Assembly: GCA_951406725.2 (NCBI GenBank)
Contig: OX597818.1
Coordinates: 34,968,001 to 35,032,000, forward strand
Length of the DNA: 64,000 nt
Source of the DNA: Octopus vulgaris
Taxonomy: Eukaryota
Direction of reading: 5' to 3'
Part shown: in pieces, positions 37,897-50,099 of the stretch
Layout of the letters: each line of letters opens with the position of its first letter
Position numbering within the stretch: the first letter of the stretch is position 1
The notes under the pieces: model-generated
The model's input: only the letters and a program-made list of their open reading frames with translations
Told to the model about the DNA's origin: nothing
Database searches by the model: none
Program-made: the position numbers and the translations under genes

Positions 37897-37944
37897 TATA
37901 CACACACTCACACACACACACATCATACATACATATATATATAT

Positions 37945-38255
37945 CACCGTGACCACCATGACTGACCAGGCTATCAGATGTTGCTACAGATCGCTGGTCA
38001 CAATGCACTTCACATTGTTTTAGCCTTCAAATGATGCCACCCCGCTGGCTAAGTGAGCAGGCCATCAGAAGAAAGAGTGAGAGAAAGTTGCAGTGAAAGA
38101 GTACAGTAGGGATCGCCACCACCCCCTTCCGGAGCCTCGTGGAACTTTAGGTGTTTTCACTCAATAAACACTCACAACGCCCGGTCTGGGAATCGAAACT
38201 GTGATCCTACCACTGCGAGTCCACTGCCCTAACCACTGGGCCATTGCACCTCCAC
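37945..38255 (-). mobile_element. SINE family E (tRNA head)
   Basis: Minus-strand TGGCCCAGTGGTTAGG A-box and GTTTCGATTCCC B-box; head and middle shared with 61205-61478. Confidence 0.78.
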
Positions 38256-38377
<122 letters not shown>

Positions 38378-38449
38378 TAAGGGTCAAAATTGATATTAGT
38401 CAATTAAAACCAGTGGTCTAGCACATTAAAAACAATCCGAAGATTAAAA

Positions 38450-38483
<34 letters not shown>

Positions 38484-38485
<2 letters not shown>

Positions 38486-38908
38486 AGAAAATAGAGAGAT
38501 AATTAATAATTATTTATAAATAAATTAGACATCATCTCTGACAGCTGTTTCGATACCAGACCGTTATAAATTAATTACCATAATTAATACCATTTAAAAG
38601 TCAAATCTCATCAGAGATGGCTAAAAATATACAAGGTATTCATATTCCTACTTGCGGAGTATAAGGCTCAAACAGTTTGGAACAGTATACTCAACAAGTA
38701 GTAATATGAATACCTAATTGTATTTTTAGCCAGATCTGATGAGATTCGACTTTTAAATGGTTTTAAGTATGGTAATTAATTTATAATTAATTTATAATTA
38801 ATTTATATGGTAATTAATTTATAATGGTCTGGACTCGAAACAGCTGTCAGTGATGTTGTCTAATTCTTCAATTAATAAATAATTATTAATTATCTCTCTA
38901 TTTTCTTA
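38484..38908. mobile_element. Fold-back element with hammerhead cores on both strands
   Basis: Plus: CTGATGA 38736-38742 and GAAACAGCTGTC 38837-38848; minus: TCATCAG 38608-38614 and GACAGCTGTTTC 38540-38551; arms about 180-220 bp. Confidence 0.8.
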
Positions 38909-39479
38909 TCTTCTTAAAATATACATAAACCACTGTTTGTCTAGTTACGTTGCAGTTGAATATTAATTGTAATATTCAACACTTTTTAAATCGGTAACTA
39001 ACCAGTATTTTCATTGGATTTATTATCCTTTATTGAGGTTTGTAACCTTTATTTGAATTTATATATGTGTGTGTGTGTGTGTGTGTTTAAGAAGGATAGA
39101 AGAACAGAGAATCATACAGACAGAAATATACTGCACTAAAAAAATGTTCTAGTGAAGATAAGACAAATGGATATAGCTATATTTATATACACATATCTAA
39201 GGGGCTTCTTTCATTTTCTTTCAACCAAATCCATATCCATTCACAAGGCTTTCATTGGGCTGGCACTATAGTAGAGGATACATACCCAAAGTGCCATACT
39301 GTAGGCCTGAACTTAAAAACTACATAGTTGGGAAGCAGACTTCTTAACCATACAGCCCTACCTGCCCCCATGACAATATAATACAACCCACACTGGACAC
39401 ACTCCATATACACATCATCTCACATTATGACATATAACACAGCTTACATAAGAAAGACAAATCTTCCCCCTTCTTTTAT

Positions 39480-39790
39480 GCTTCACCCTCCCCTCGTTAG
39501 TTGTGGGGTCTTGTCTTATGAGATATTTGGTGAGATCACTGGTGCTAGTACCACATAAAAAAGCACCCAGTACAGTAGTTGGCATTAGAAAGTACCATGC
39601 CAAAGTGGACAATGGAGCTTGGTATATAGTTCTCTGGCTTGAAAATTCCTGTCAAACCGTCCAGCCCATGAAAACAGATGTTAAATAGTGATGGTGATGA
39701 TAATGATGATGATGATGATGATAATGATAATGATGACGGTGACGACGATGACGGTGACAACGATGATGATAATGATGATGATGATGATAT
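39480..39790 (+). mobile_element. RTE 3' UTR variant with GAT-type tail
   Basis: AAAAAGCACCCAGTACA...CAGCCCATG...GATGTTAAAT plus tail. Confidence 0.7.
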
Positions 39791-40321
39791 CTTCCAGACA
39801 ATTGTTTTAGTGCATATTTCTGTCAGTATGATTCATTATTCTTAAGACACCACACAAGCTTATTCTCAAAAGGACAAGAGTGAGAGATCTCCTTAAATTT
39901 AAATCAACTAAAAATTAAACAGAGATAAGGCAAGTGGTAGTGGAACAGAGGAATAAATTTGATCTTTGGTAGCTTAAATATACGTATACACTCCTTCATA
40001 GATTATGTTTAATGTTTAAAAGACATTTTATGCGTGGGGCCTTGATAAGGACAGTAAAATAGGCGCAGATGACTGAGTTCCAAAGTTCGAATTCTATAAG
40101 GATTAATTTTTCTTTTCTCTCCTTTAATGAAAATAAAGTGTCAATATAATGTAGCACTGATTGAACAAATCTATTATTGAGTAGTTCTAATCATGACCAT
40201 CCCCTCCAAGTTGTGCTACTGCTGGCTGATCCATCATACAGATGCAGATGTGTCAATGACATACTAAACAACCAAGAGAGGTTCACAGTTCATATTTTGT
40301 AAGTATCACTTAATTAAGTAT

Positions 40322-41090
40322 GGGGCTGGGCACCCTGTCAGTTATGACAATGAGTGTTCCAGTTGATTCAGTCAATGGGATAGCCTGTTCATGAAATTTA
40401 AGTGCAAGTGGCTGAACGCTCCACAGACACGTGTACCCTTAATGTCGCTCTGAGAGAGACTCAGCATGACACACTGAATACGACAAGATTGTCCCTTTTG
40501 AATTACAGGTACAATTCATTTTTGCAAGCTGAGTGGAGTGCAGTAACATGAAATAAGGCAGAGAGCTGGCAGAAAGGTTAGCACACTGGGCGAAATGCTT
40601 AGCAGTATTTCATCTGCTGTTACGTTTTGAGTTCAAATTCCGCCGAGGTCGACTTTGCCTTTCATCCTTTTGGGGTCGATAAATTAAGTACCAGTTACGC
40701 ACTGGGGTTCATGTAATCGACTTAATCCCTTTGTTTGTCCTTGTTTGTCCCCTTTATGTTTAGCCCCCTGTGGGCAATAAAGAAATAAGAAATGTTAACA
40801 CAACGGGTGAAATGCTTAGCGGCATTTTGTCTGCTGGTACGTTCTGAGTTCAAATTCTGCTGAGGTCGACTTTGCCCTTCATCCTTTCGGGGTCGATAAA
40901 TTAAGGACTAGTTACACACTGGGGTCGATGTAATCGACTTAATCCGTTTGTCTGTCCTTGTTTGTCCCCTCTTTGTTTAGCCCCTTGTGGGCAATAAAGA
41001 AATATGAAATAAAGCATCTCACTCAAGGATACAATGCACCACCAGGAAACAAACTCATGACCTCATCAGCCAAATATACTACCCACTACA
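40322..41090 (-). mobile_element. Meta-like SINE split by a family C SINE dimer
   Basis: Host halves 40322-40556 and 41004-41090; duplicated ATGAAATAA at 40548-40556 and 41004-41012. Confidence 0.7.
40557..41003 (+). mobile_element. Family C SINE dimer
   Basis: Two tandem consensus units (junction about 40790). Confidence 0.88.
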
Positions 41091-41099
41091 GGGGCAGAC

Positions 41100-41475
41100 C
41101 CTAGGGAAAAGACGTGCACCCTTCTAAACAATGTTATTATGCTCTTTCCTCCTGGAATTGTATTTCCTTGTGACCTTGTGATCTCTGTTTGAAAAATTAC
41201 TGGGATGGTGCCGGCACCTTCACAAGTATGTGGACAAGACATTAATCTAATGCTTGAAAAATTGGTATAAACCTAGTTGAAAGAAACCTGCCAAGATATT
41301 GCATCCTTTAAAACCTCCATGCTTCCTGAAATTCGCCAACACTACACCTGATATCCACCCCTTCCATACACATGCACACATGTATATCATGACTCATACC
41401 CTGTTCACTTTCCTGACTTTTGTACATAATTCTATGTACTAGTTGTAGTGCACTTGAACACTATACATAATAATT

Positions 41476-41480
<5 letters not shown>
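41100..41480 (+). mobile_element. CR1/L2-like LINE 3' end
   Basis: Ends PEIRQHYT*, then TTGTAGTGCACTTGAACACT...ATAATTTC and an (ATT)n tail. Confidence 0.5.
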
Positions 41481-41534
<54 letters not shown>

Positions 41535-41536
<2 letters not shown>

Positions 41537-41761
41537 TTAGTTTTATTTTCATAGCGTGCTTTCACTTCACTACTGAGCGCAGCTCTGTGTGCCTTGGGTA
41601 TGTGCTGTGATTTGTTGTGATGCTCTGATGGCTACTGTATTGAAAGTGTTCTGCGTAGGATGTGTGCAGTGCCTAGTAGTGCAATTTTCTGTATGTTATA
41701 TGTGTTTGTAAGTTCTGGTGTTTTTGTTATGTATTTGTCTGAATATTTTTTTATCATGCCT
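41535..41761 (-). mobile_element. R4/Dong-clade non-LTR retrotransposon 3' end inside (TAA)n
   Basis: 41760-41632 reads GMIKKYSDKYITKTPELTNTYNIQKIALLGTAHILRRTLSIQ*; (TTA)n on both flanks. Confidence 0.8.
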
Positions 41762-41776
41762 TTATTATTATTATTA

Positions 41777-41846
<70 letters not shown>

Positions 41847-42450
41847 GGACTGAGGTAACTCCTCCAGAAGTTATAGAGAAATAAATAGAAGAGTGCCAAA
41901 GTTATCATGCAAAATTGGTTATCATAAAAAATAGAAGTGACATATATACATACATACATATATAGACACTAATTCACACATATGCACTTGGATATATAGA
42001 TGTATATCACAGACATTTGTGGACATACACTAATCCAAATATGTACAGACACATGGGCACCCTCCCCCCCCCCACACACTAACATATACACATGAACATT
42101 AAATGATGATGATATTAATCTGTTCTGACCCCTTCTCTCATACTTTTACCCATCATCTTGTAGCATAAAATATCCTCTTCAGGGTTCACAGTCTTTCCAG
42201 GTGCATAGTGACAGCTTGAAAAAAGAGCACCCAGTATACACTGTAGTGGTTAGCATTAGGAAGGGCATCCAGCTGCAGAAACCATGTGCAACTAGACAAT
42301 GGAGCATGATGTAGTCCTTAGATAAACTTGGGTAGTTTATCCCATCCCCCCTCTGACTTCTAGTATATGCAGTTGAAAAAACCACATTATTTATGGGATG
42401 ACCCCAATGCATGGAACCATTTAAAAAAAATATCGCATGAGAGACCGATA

Positions 42451-42610
42451 GGTGCAGGAGTGGCTGTGTGGTAAGTAGCTTGCTTACCAACCACATGGTT
42501 CTGGGTTCAGTCCCACTGTGTGGCACCTTGGGCAAGGGTCTTCTGCTATCGCCTCAGGCCGACCAAAGCCGTGTGAGTGAATTTTGTAGACGGAAGCTGC
42601 AAGAAGCCTG

Positions 42611-42676
<66 letters not shown>

Positions 42677-42902
42677 TTGTGTGTGTATATGTTTGTGCGT
42701 CTGTGTTTGTCCTCCCCAACATCGCTTGACAACTGATGCTGGTGTGTTTACATCCCCCGTCACTTAGCGGTTCGGCATGAGAGACCGATAGAATAAGTAC
42801 TAGTCCTACAACGAATAAGTCCTGGGATTGATTTGCTTGACTAAAGGCGGTGCTCCAGCATGGCCGTAGTCAAATGACTGAAACTAGTAAAAGAATAAAA
42901 GA
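42451..42902 (+). mobile_element. SINE family A
   Basis: Consensus match. Confidence 0.88.
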
Positions 42903-42977
42903 AACTTCATTGTTCTCTGTCAGGTATTAAATACTGTTAAGTCACCAACACCATATCTTGTCATTCTTCTTCCTAAT

Positions 42978-43330
42978 ACAAGGTGCATTCTAGAAGTTTT
43001 GGAACATTTTCAGGAATGGCATTTGTTAATTTCAAAGAAGTACAAGACTAATCTCCTACAAAAGTAGGATTATCTGATTTCAATGCAGTTGTTATAGTGT
43101 TCCAGCCACATCATGAAAGACCCCATAGAAGTCCTCCAAAATGAAGGTGTTCAGGATCCTTGTCACTGCATCCTTCATCATCTCCATTAGCTTGGGGAAC
43201 CAACCAAAAGTCACTGAGAGTGAGGTCGTGGCTGTAGTGAATGTGAGACACAGTTTTCAAACCTATCTCTGTTAATTAGTTGGTTACTAGGATGGAATTG
43301 TGGAATGGTGCATTGTCCTGGTGCAAGTGC
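42978..43330 (-). mobile_element. Mariner 3' half, decayed
   Basis: Minus strand HQDNAP, YSHDLTLSDFWL, WLEHYNNCIEI; TIR-like TA|CAAGGTGCATTCTAGAAGTT. Confidence 0.75.
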
Positions 43331-43586
43331 TCTGGTAATGGAATCCCTTCCTGAACTCCCTCAAAACCTCTACAAAGTAAAAAAGGGAGTACCTTGTCAT
43401 ATTCTTCCTTTCAGTTTTCCAGTTGTCACTAAGGATTTTCAGGAAGATATTCAAAGAATTTTCATTGCCCCACCACTAAAATTTAAAAAAAAATACACAC
43501 AGAAAATTTAGGGGATATGCTTGCACAGCCCCTGTTCCAGAATCTGTTCTAGATGTCTTTGCTTTACAAAATGCTCCCACATCATA

Positions 43587-43671
<85 letters not shown>

Positions 43672-43774
43672 CACGCATACTTTATGTGTTTTTGGTGAGA
43701 ATTGGAGGTTGTTGATGTCATAAGGATTTTATAAACTTTCCAGAGAGTATGAAATAATTAATCTTGATGTTAAG

Positions 43775-43934
43775 ATTAATCAGCTGAAATTGTGAGGATG
43801 ATCCAGTTCTTGACTGAGGATAAAAAGCTTTGAATGACCTGTCCTTGTCTTTTTGTATCGTCTATCTGGATGTTTTGTTGTCCCTTTTTGTATCACCTAG
43901 TTGTCCGGATGCTTTGCGTTCTTGTCCCATTTTG

Positions 43935-43940
<6 letters not shown>
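43775..43940. mobile_element. Partial copy of the 604-897 element, inverted
   Basis: Reverse complement of 604-780; abuts (TA)n. Confidence 0.65.
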
Positions 43941-43990
<50 letters not shown>

Positions 43991-44030
43991 CGACATACGT
44001 ACACTTTGTTTTCTTTTATATATATATATA

Positions 44031-44410
44031 CTAGCAGTATCGCCCGGCGTTGCTCGGGTTTGTTTCGACCCTTTAGAATTGGAATTTTTGAAAATTAAAA
44101 ATGTTGCATTATGTAGCTTGTTATTCTCTTTAAGTGAACATTTTACTGGTTTAAATACACCGAAAAATGGCGACACAGCAGTCAAAAAATCATTAAAAAA
44201 TGAGATTTCCATAGAAAAAGAGCACCTTTTTGATGTAAATAACTTTTGGTCCTAACATGCTCCGATTCAAATTTTTTCTTCTACAGAATGAAGAGCAAGC
44301 TTTCTTCTATCATACTTTCAATTTTGGTCAACTTGCGCTGCAGGGTCTTGGAGGAGATAGTGTTAGTTAAAGGCTATCAAACCTGCCACACACAGACAAC
44401 TTTATATATA
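44031..44410 (-). mobile_element. Non-autonomous Helitron
   Basis: Minus-strand 3' end: hairpin CCCGAGC-AAC-GCCGGG (44043-44058) 8 nt before CTAG (44031-44034) followed by T; other end runs into (TA)n. Confidence 0.78.
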
Positions 44411-44429
44411 TATATATATATATATATTT

Positions 44430-44742
44430 TATTTTTCATGCAATTTACGCATGCTTGCACGCGTGGTGAACACAGTTCACGTCAAACAGCTGACTGAGTA
44501 AAGTTCACTATTCAACGCATGGATAAGGCCTAAACAAACACATTATCGAGATTTTTGCACTTGCGAGATGAATTTCGGAACAGAAATAGCGCAGTTCAAT
44601 TTTCATTCGCCTAAACTTTAAGTGACCCATTTTTGGTGGTTCTACAATTTGTTGGCTAGGAGGAGATGTGCCGGGAAGTTAAACACACAGACACACACAC
44701 AGATACACACACAGACACACAAGTTGAGTTTTATATATATAG
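44430..44742 (-). mobile_element. Second Helitron-like fragment
   Basis: GGAGATG...ACACAGACACAC...GTTGAGTTTTATATATATAG end resembles that of 44031-44410. Confidence 0.5.
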
Positions 44743-44887
44743 GTATATGTATAATTGTATCAAGGACCTATAATCCTTTAAGGGATGCTAGCATCCTAAT
44801 TCTCTGGCTTATACCATTGTGCAGTGAAAACTAAATAAATTAGTTTTGCATTTATATATATAAAGGTATTTAAAATAATTATGAATG

Positions 44888-45381
44888 GGAAAAAGAAGAA
44901 AATGAAGAAACTGACATGCAGACATCAGGTTATTTAAAGATATTCAAATCCATATAACGAAATTCCAGTCCTACAGCTGTTTCCATATCTAATTAGTTCA
45001 CTTACAGAAACTGAATTAAGTTAAATTAAATTAATTTAATTTAATCTAATTAAAATTTTTGATGTTGAAACTGGTTATTTGGGTATTTCATCAGGGAAAG
45101 ATTTCCCAAAAGGGAGTTATATTTCAAAGTGTTTGATGTCCTATGACAGACTCTTAAAATGTAACTCTCTTTTGAAAATTTCTTCCTGGATGAAATATCC
45201 AATTAACCAGTTTCCACATGAAAATTGAAATCAAATTAATTTAATTAATTTAATTTAATTTCTGTAATTGAACTAATTGGATATGGAAATGGCTGTAGGA
45301 TTTGAATTTCATTATAAAGATTTGAATATTTTAAAATATTTTAAAATGTCTGCATGTCAGTTTCTCTATTTTTTCTTTTCC
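44888..45381. mobile_element. Fold-back element with hammerhead-like cores
   Basis: Arms about 230 bp; minus-strand CTGATGA (45088-45094) and GAAACAGCTGTA (44972-44983); plus-strand mirror decayed (CTGGATGA, GAAATGGCTGTA). Confidence 0.78.
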
Positions 45382-45386
45382 TCATA

Positions 45387-45780
45387 TATCATCATCATCA
45401 TCATCATCGTTTAACGTCCGTTCTCCATGCTAGCATGGGTTGGACGGTTCGACCGGGGATCTGGGAAGCCAGAAGGCTGCACCAGGCTCCAGTCTTATCT
45501 GGCAATGTTTCTACAGCTGGATGTCCTTCCTAACGCCAACCACTCCGTGAGTGTAGTGGGTGCTTTTTACATGCCACCTGCACAGGTGCCAGGCGAGGCT
45601 GGCAACGGCCACGGTCGGATTGGTGTATTTTACGTGCCACCAGCATGGAAGCCAGTCGAGGCAGCGCTGGCATCGGCCATGAGTCGGATAGTGCTTTTTA
45701 CGTACCACCAGACCAGGGATCTTGGCTGGTTCAATTCGATTTTGATTTCGCTTTCGCTTGCCCCAACATGTCTTTGCAAG
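45387..45780 (-). mobile_element. RTE 3' end (family B)
   Basis: Consensus with internal units. Confidence 0.85.
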
Positions 45781-45833
45781 CAGCACATACATATATAAAC
45801 AAACACATACACACACTCACCACACCCCCATAT

Positions 45834-45880
<47 letters not shown>

Positions 45881-45887
45881 CATATAT

Positions 45888-46295
45888 GAGCAAAACGCCC
45901 CCATCCAATGGACGGTGCTGAGTTGTCAGACATTTAAACCAAATTTTCTCAAAACAACTTGTCTGACCGTTCCATAGGCCTCCCCTTTGAGAAACACTGA
46001 TTTAACTTAAATTTGAGACACTAAACAGGCCAGCTTTTTGTGCACAAACTGCACGTACATTTTTCTCGCATGTGCGTGGTATTGATCGCAACAGTTGATG
46101 TTCTTGCGCTTACAAATGCACATTCCCACGGCTTTATCGATCGCATTCTCACCTGGAATCAATTTTTGTAATTTTTTCAAGACTTATACACGCCCTGATA
46201 CCATCAGTATCTACATATCAAATTTGAGCGCAATCGGATGGAGGATGCCTGAGATTCTAGAAGACACACAGACAGACAGAATGGATTTTATAATA
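45888..46295. mobile_element. Non-autonomous Helitron/Helentron-like element
   Basis: Copy of 37404-37852 with a different central segment. Confidence 0.6.
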
Positions 46296-46410
46296 TATAT
46301 ATATATATATATATGTGTGTGTATAAGGATGAAATGGAACACACGAGTTGATATATATGAAAAAATAAGTCAAGATAGAAAATGCTAAAATAATTTTATA
46401 AAGAACATTT

Positions 46411-46448
46411 CAGTACCGGTTTTGGTCATTTTGAGACCTTTTCAACTG
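46411..46448 (-). ncRNA. Minimal hammerhead motif, U3-A8 variant (G12 mutated to A)
   Basis: Minus strand CAG-TTGAAAA-GGTC-TCAAAAT-GACC-AAAA-CCGG-TA-CTG. Confidence 0.6.
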
Positions 46449-46654
46449 TAACGATTAAATAATTAAATTTAGAAAAATTAAAAGAAAAGTTTTTTTAAAA
46501 GAATATTTGTATAGTGTTCAAATATAAGTGGCATTTTCCTTGTTTCTGCCTTGCTCTGTCTCTCTTGTTTACACTTGTGGGTTCGAGGTCAAACAAATCA
46601 TCTTTTAAAAAAACTTTTCTTTCAATTTTTCTAAATTTAATTATTTAATCGTTA

Positions 46655-46692
46655 CAGTTGAAAAGGTCTCAAAATGACCGAAACTGGTACTG
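46655..46692 (+). ncRNA. Minimal type I hammerhead ribozyme motif, U3-A8 variant
   Basis: CAG-TTGAAAA-GGTC-TCAAAAT-GACC-GAAA-CTGG-TA-CTG: stem I CAG/CTG, stem II GGTC/GACC, GUA site. Confidence 0.75.
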
Positions 46693-46743
46693 AAATGTTC
46701 TTTATAAATATATTTTAGCATTTTCTATCTTGACTTGTTTTTC

Positions 46744-46807
<64 letters not shown>

Positions 46808-48310
46808 ATATATACGTTTATATATTTATTGTGCAAGATTTGGCTAAACTGGCAAAATGACCATTCCGAAATACAACAATATATATATATATATATACAC
46901 ATACACATACACGCATTCATAAATACATACACATGTATGTATACAAATTCAAGCCTCAGTACACTATACACCTCATACATACTTGTAGGTATGCTGCACA
47001 GCTTCCTTAATATTAAGAAAAATAACATATGTAAGCATACACATATATGTAAAAATAAAAAGAAATCTTTTATAATTCCAAATATTTATCAAATTTTTGC
47101 TAGTAATGACAGGTTAAACAAAAAAATGATAAATGAAAATAAATAATTAAAAAAAGTAAAACAAAAAATAAATAGTTTGATCTCACAGCGATTGTGACAT
47201 TATGCAATTGATAAGGTGACCTGAGTTGATCCTATCACACTTCCTAATCAAGGAAGAAATCATACACATAAACACTCAGACACATACATACATACATACA
47301 TACATACAGACATATCCTATGTATCTTTGAGCATGACGTAACAATACAGAGTACACTCAGCATGGTGATAAATTTCCTTATGACAGGTTATATAAATGAG
47401 ATTGAATAGGTTGAAATATTCAAAGTTTAAAAAAGTTCTTTGGAACATTTTCACCTTTGCTGTATTGAACTTTCGGGTTTTTCTCTTCTTCTTGGATACA
47501 ACGGATATTTGAAAAAGTCATTGATTTGAATAAACCAAACAGTGATATAGAAGGAGTTCACATTATAGCATGCTTGGTGAATGCTGTATACATATATATA
47601 TGAGGTAATTAATTCCTTACCAAAATATAACAACAAATATGTATTGTCATACATATTTAATTAATTTTGTATACCTGTATGTATTAGTTATGTATAAGTC
47701 ATGTATGTCTGTGTGTATGTATTTACATGTATGTATTTGGCATGTAAGTATGTATATAAGTATATATATTTTTGTATTAGTTATATATGTACGGTGTTTA
47801 GCTATATATGTATTATTTAGCCATATATGTAATATCTATGTGTTTGTGTAAAAATGTCTCAAGAAATGTTTGAATTCAAGCTGTACCACAGATGCACGGT
47901 TTCTTACCTGAGGGTAAACCCTAAATAGTAGAGATACTCCAAGAGGGAAAAAGAACCTCTGTAAAAATCCTAAGTGTATGGGAACCAAAGGTTGGCGGTA
48001 TGGTTCTTGACCTCTTGTATAATTTTCTGTGAATAAATACGGGAAAGTCTTTATGATTTTCCTTCCTGGTCTTTTGCTGTTTATCTATATGCAAAGTGAA
48101 ACCAAGCTAAGTGGATCTTTTGAAATTACACTGGTATCTCATAGGACTATTGATGATGACTTTCACACTCTGGTAAAGTGGGTATGAGAATATATTGGGT
48201 GACCCTTGAAGTGTCTGAAATCATAAAAAAAAAAGGTTAAGAATTATTCCTCTAACAGTTTTCTTTCTACTATCTGCAATTCCATTTTGTCAGGAAACAT
48301 TGCATTTAAA

Positions 48311-48551
48311 ACACTCACCGGTAAAATTTCCACTTATTTTGTCTTTTTATCTTCCTAAAATTTGAAAAGGTTGCAAGACGCAACGAAAAGTTTAGGAAAA
48401 TAAAAAGATGAAATAAGTGGAAATTTTACCGGTGAGTGTGTTAAATAATAAGGCACTAAAAGAGAATGACTCTCCCCAGACACAACAGAATATGCTTCAA
48501 CACACAAACTCATATAAAGAATCTTACAAACCAAATCCAAAAACGAAATAT
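48311..48551. mobile_element. Hairpin element with central hammerhead-like motif and 12-bp TSD
   Basis: ATTGCATTTAAA at 48299-48310 and 48552-48563; inverted arms span 48305-48445; centre TTGAAAA-G-GTTGC-AAGAC-GCAAC-GAAA (48362-48388). Confidence 0.82.
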
Positions 48552-49362
48552 ATTGCATTTAAAGTTTAAAACTTTTGATTCTATTGAAGAAAGAAGGATG
48601 ATTTGTTTGGAAATTTGAAAGAGAAGTTTGAACATGTTTGGATCATAATCTATGCGATGTTTATTAGGTTTAGCAGTCAAGGGATTTGAGCAGGGTTAAT
48701 TGAGGCAAAGTGCTTATAGATTACTTTGTATTGATTTATTAGGACTTAGATTTTCCAGAGTTCTATGATTCAATTGATTTTTTTTTTACATTTTGTGGTA
48801 TAGCTTTCCCAGAGTGAAACTAATAACATGATTATGCTTCAATGGAAGAAACTATAGATCTAATGTAGAAATCATTAGATATATAGTTTACACATTTTAT
48901 GGTTCCATTGGTTCTAAAGCAACCATACTATTGATTTTTGCAGTGGATGATCTTTGCTGGACTTGAATTTTCATGATGACTTTCTTGATGTTGTGTGACC
49001 ACACCACATGAGAGAAATACTTCAGAGATGGCCAGGTAAAAAGTTCAAGACAATTCTAACAGATTTCTGTTTTTGCCAAATTATTCTGGAAGGCCAAAAA
49101 ACATGGTTTTCTTTCAGCAGTATCTTGTATGGTGATTATATGGGTTTCACCACACTCAAGCTTTTCAGAAACAATAATTCACAGATTTATAACGACTTTG
49201 ATACTTGATGATACAAGGGGTTCCTAGTTAGAAGAAAGTAAAGCTAGTATCCTAAACTATTTCCTGAATTAAACAAAGTAGGTCAAATTTTTCTATATTC
49301 AATTCCATGATGTTATATACTGTGCAGAAATTTGTTTGAACAAGTTTAAATGCTTATCTGAA

Positions 49363-49397
<35 letters not shown>

Positions 49398-50099
49398 GTA
49401 TGTATTTATGTATGTGTGTATGTATGTATGTATGTATGTATGTATGTATGTATGTATTTATTTCTTTTAGGATATATACACAAGCTATTACAGTAAATAA
49501 ATAGATATCAGCAGGGACCTCGGGAGCTTTCTTCAATGCAGAACTTAACCTAGAAAATGTAGAACAATTGAAGAGTTTGCATTCATATCTAAGCAAAAAA
49601 ACAATAAGATAGAAGACTTGACTGAAAATCAGAAAATTTGCCTTGTATTTTGTTGCATTGCTTTACTCTAGTTATGTCGTGGTTGACTTTGCTTTTCCCC
49701 TTTCAGAAGTCAATAAAGTAGAAGTCAAGTATAGGGATTGGTTTAGTTGACTGTTCCTTCTCCCTAGATGAAGAGAGGAATAAATATTTATATAAAGTTC
49801 TTGAGAGAAAAGGGCTTTTGCCCCTTATTTTTCTTTAAGCTCTATAAAAATCTTAAATATAAGATATTATGTATACTATGTATGTGCTTCTGTATGTATT
49901 CCTGTCTGTATATATGACTGCATTTTCAGATCAATTTCTTTTTAGTGATGGGCAAATTTGGATTAAACAATAAATAAAAAGTTTATATTTTATTCAGAGT
50001 GTTGTGTATATCCACATAACACTCTGAGTAAGCACCTTTATTTTACTTCAAGCTCACTTTTGACTGTGCAAAGTGGGTATGAAAGTGAAATAAAGATGT

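Larger units (their letters stand above)
46351..46751. mobile_element. Fold-back element with a minimal hammerhead in each arm
   Basis: Arms about 160 bp, high identity, about 80-nt centre; (TA)n at both ends. Confidence 0.88.

Noticed and set aside
47410-47605. Plus-strand exon candidate ending GAG|GTAATT
   Set aside because: No frame open throughout; may be decayed LINE sequence together with 48590-49350
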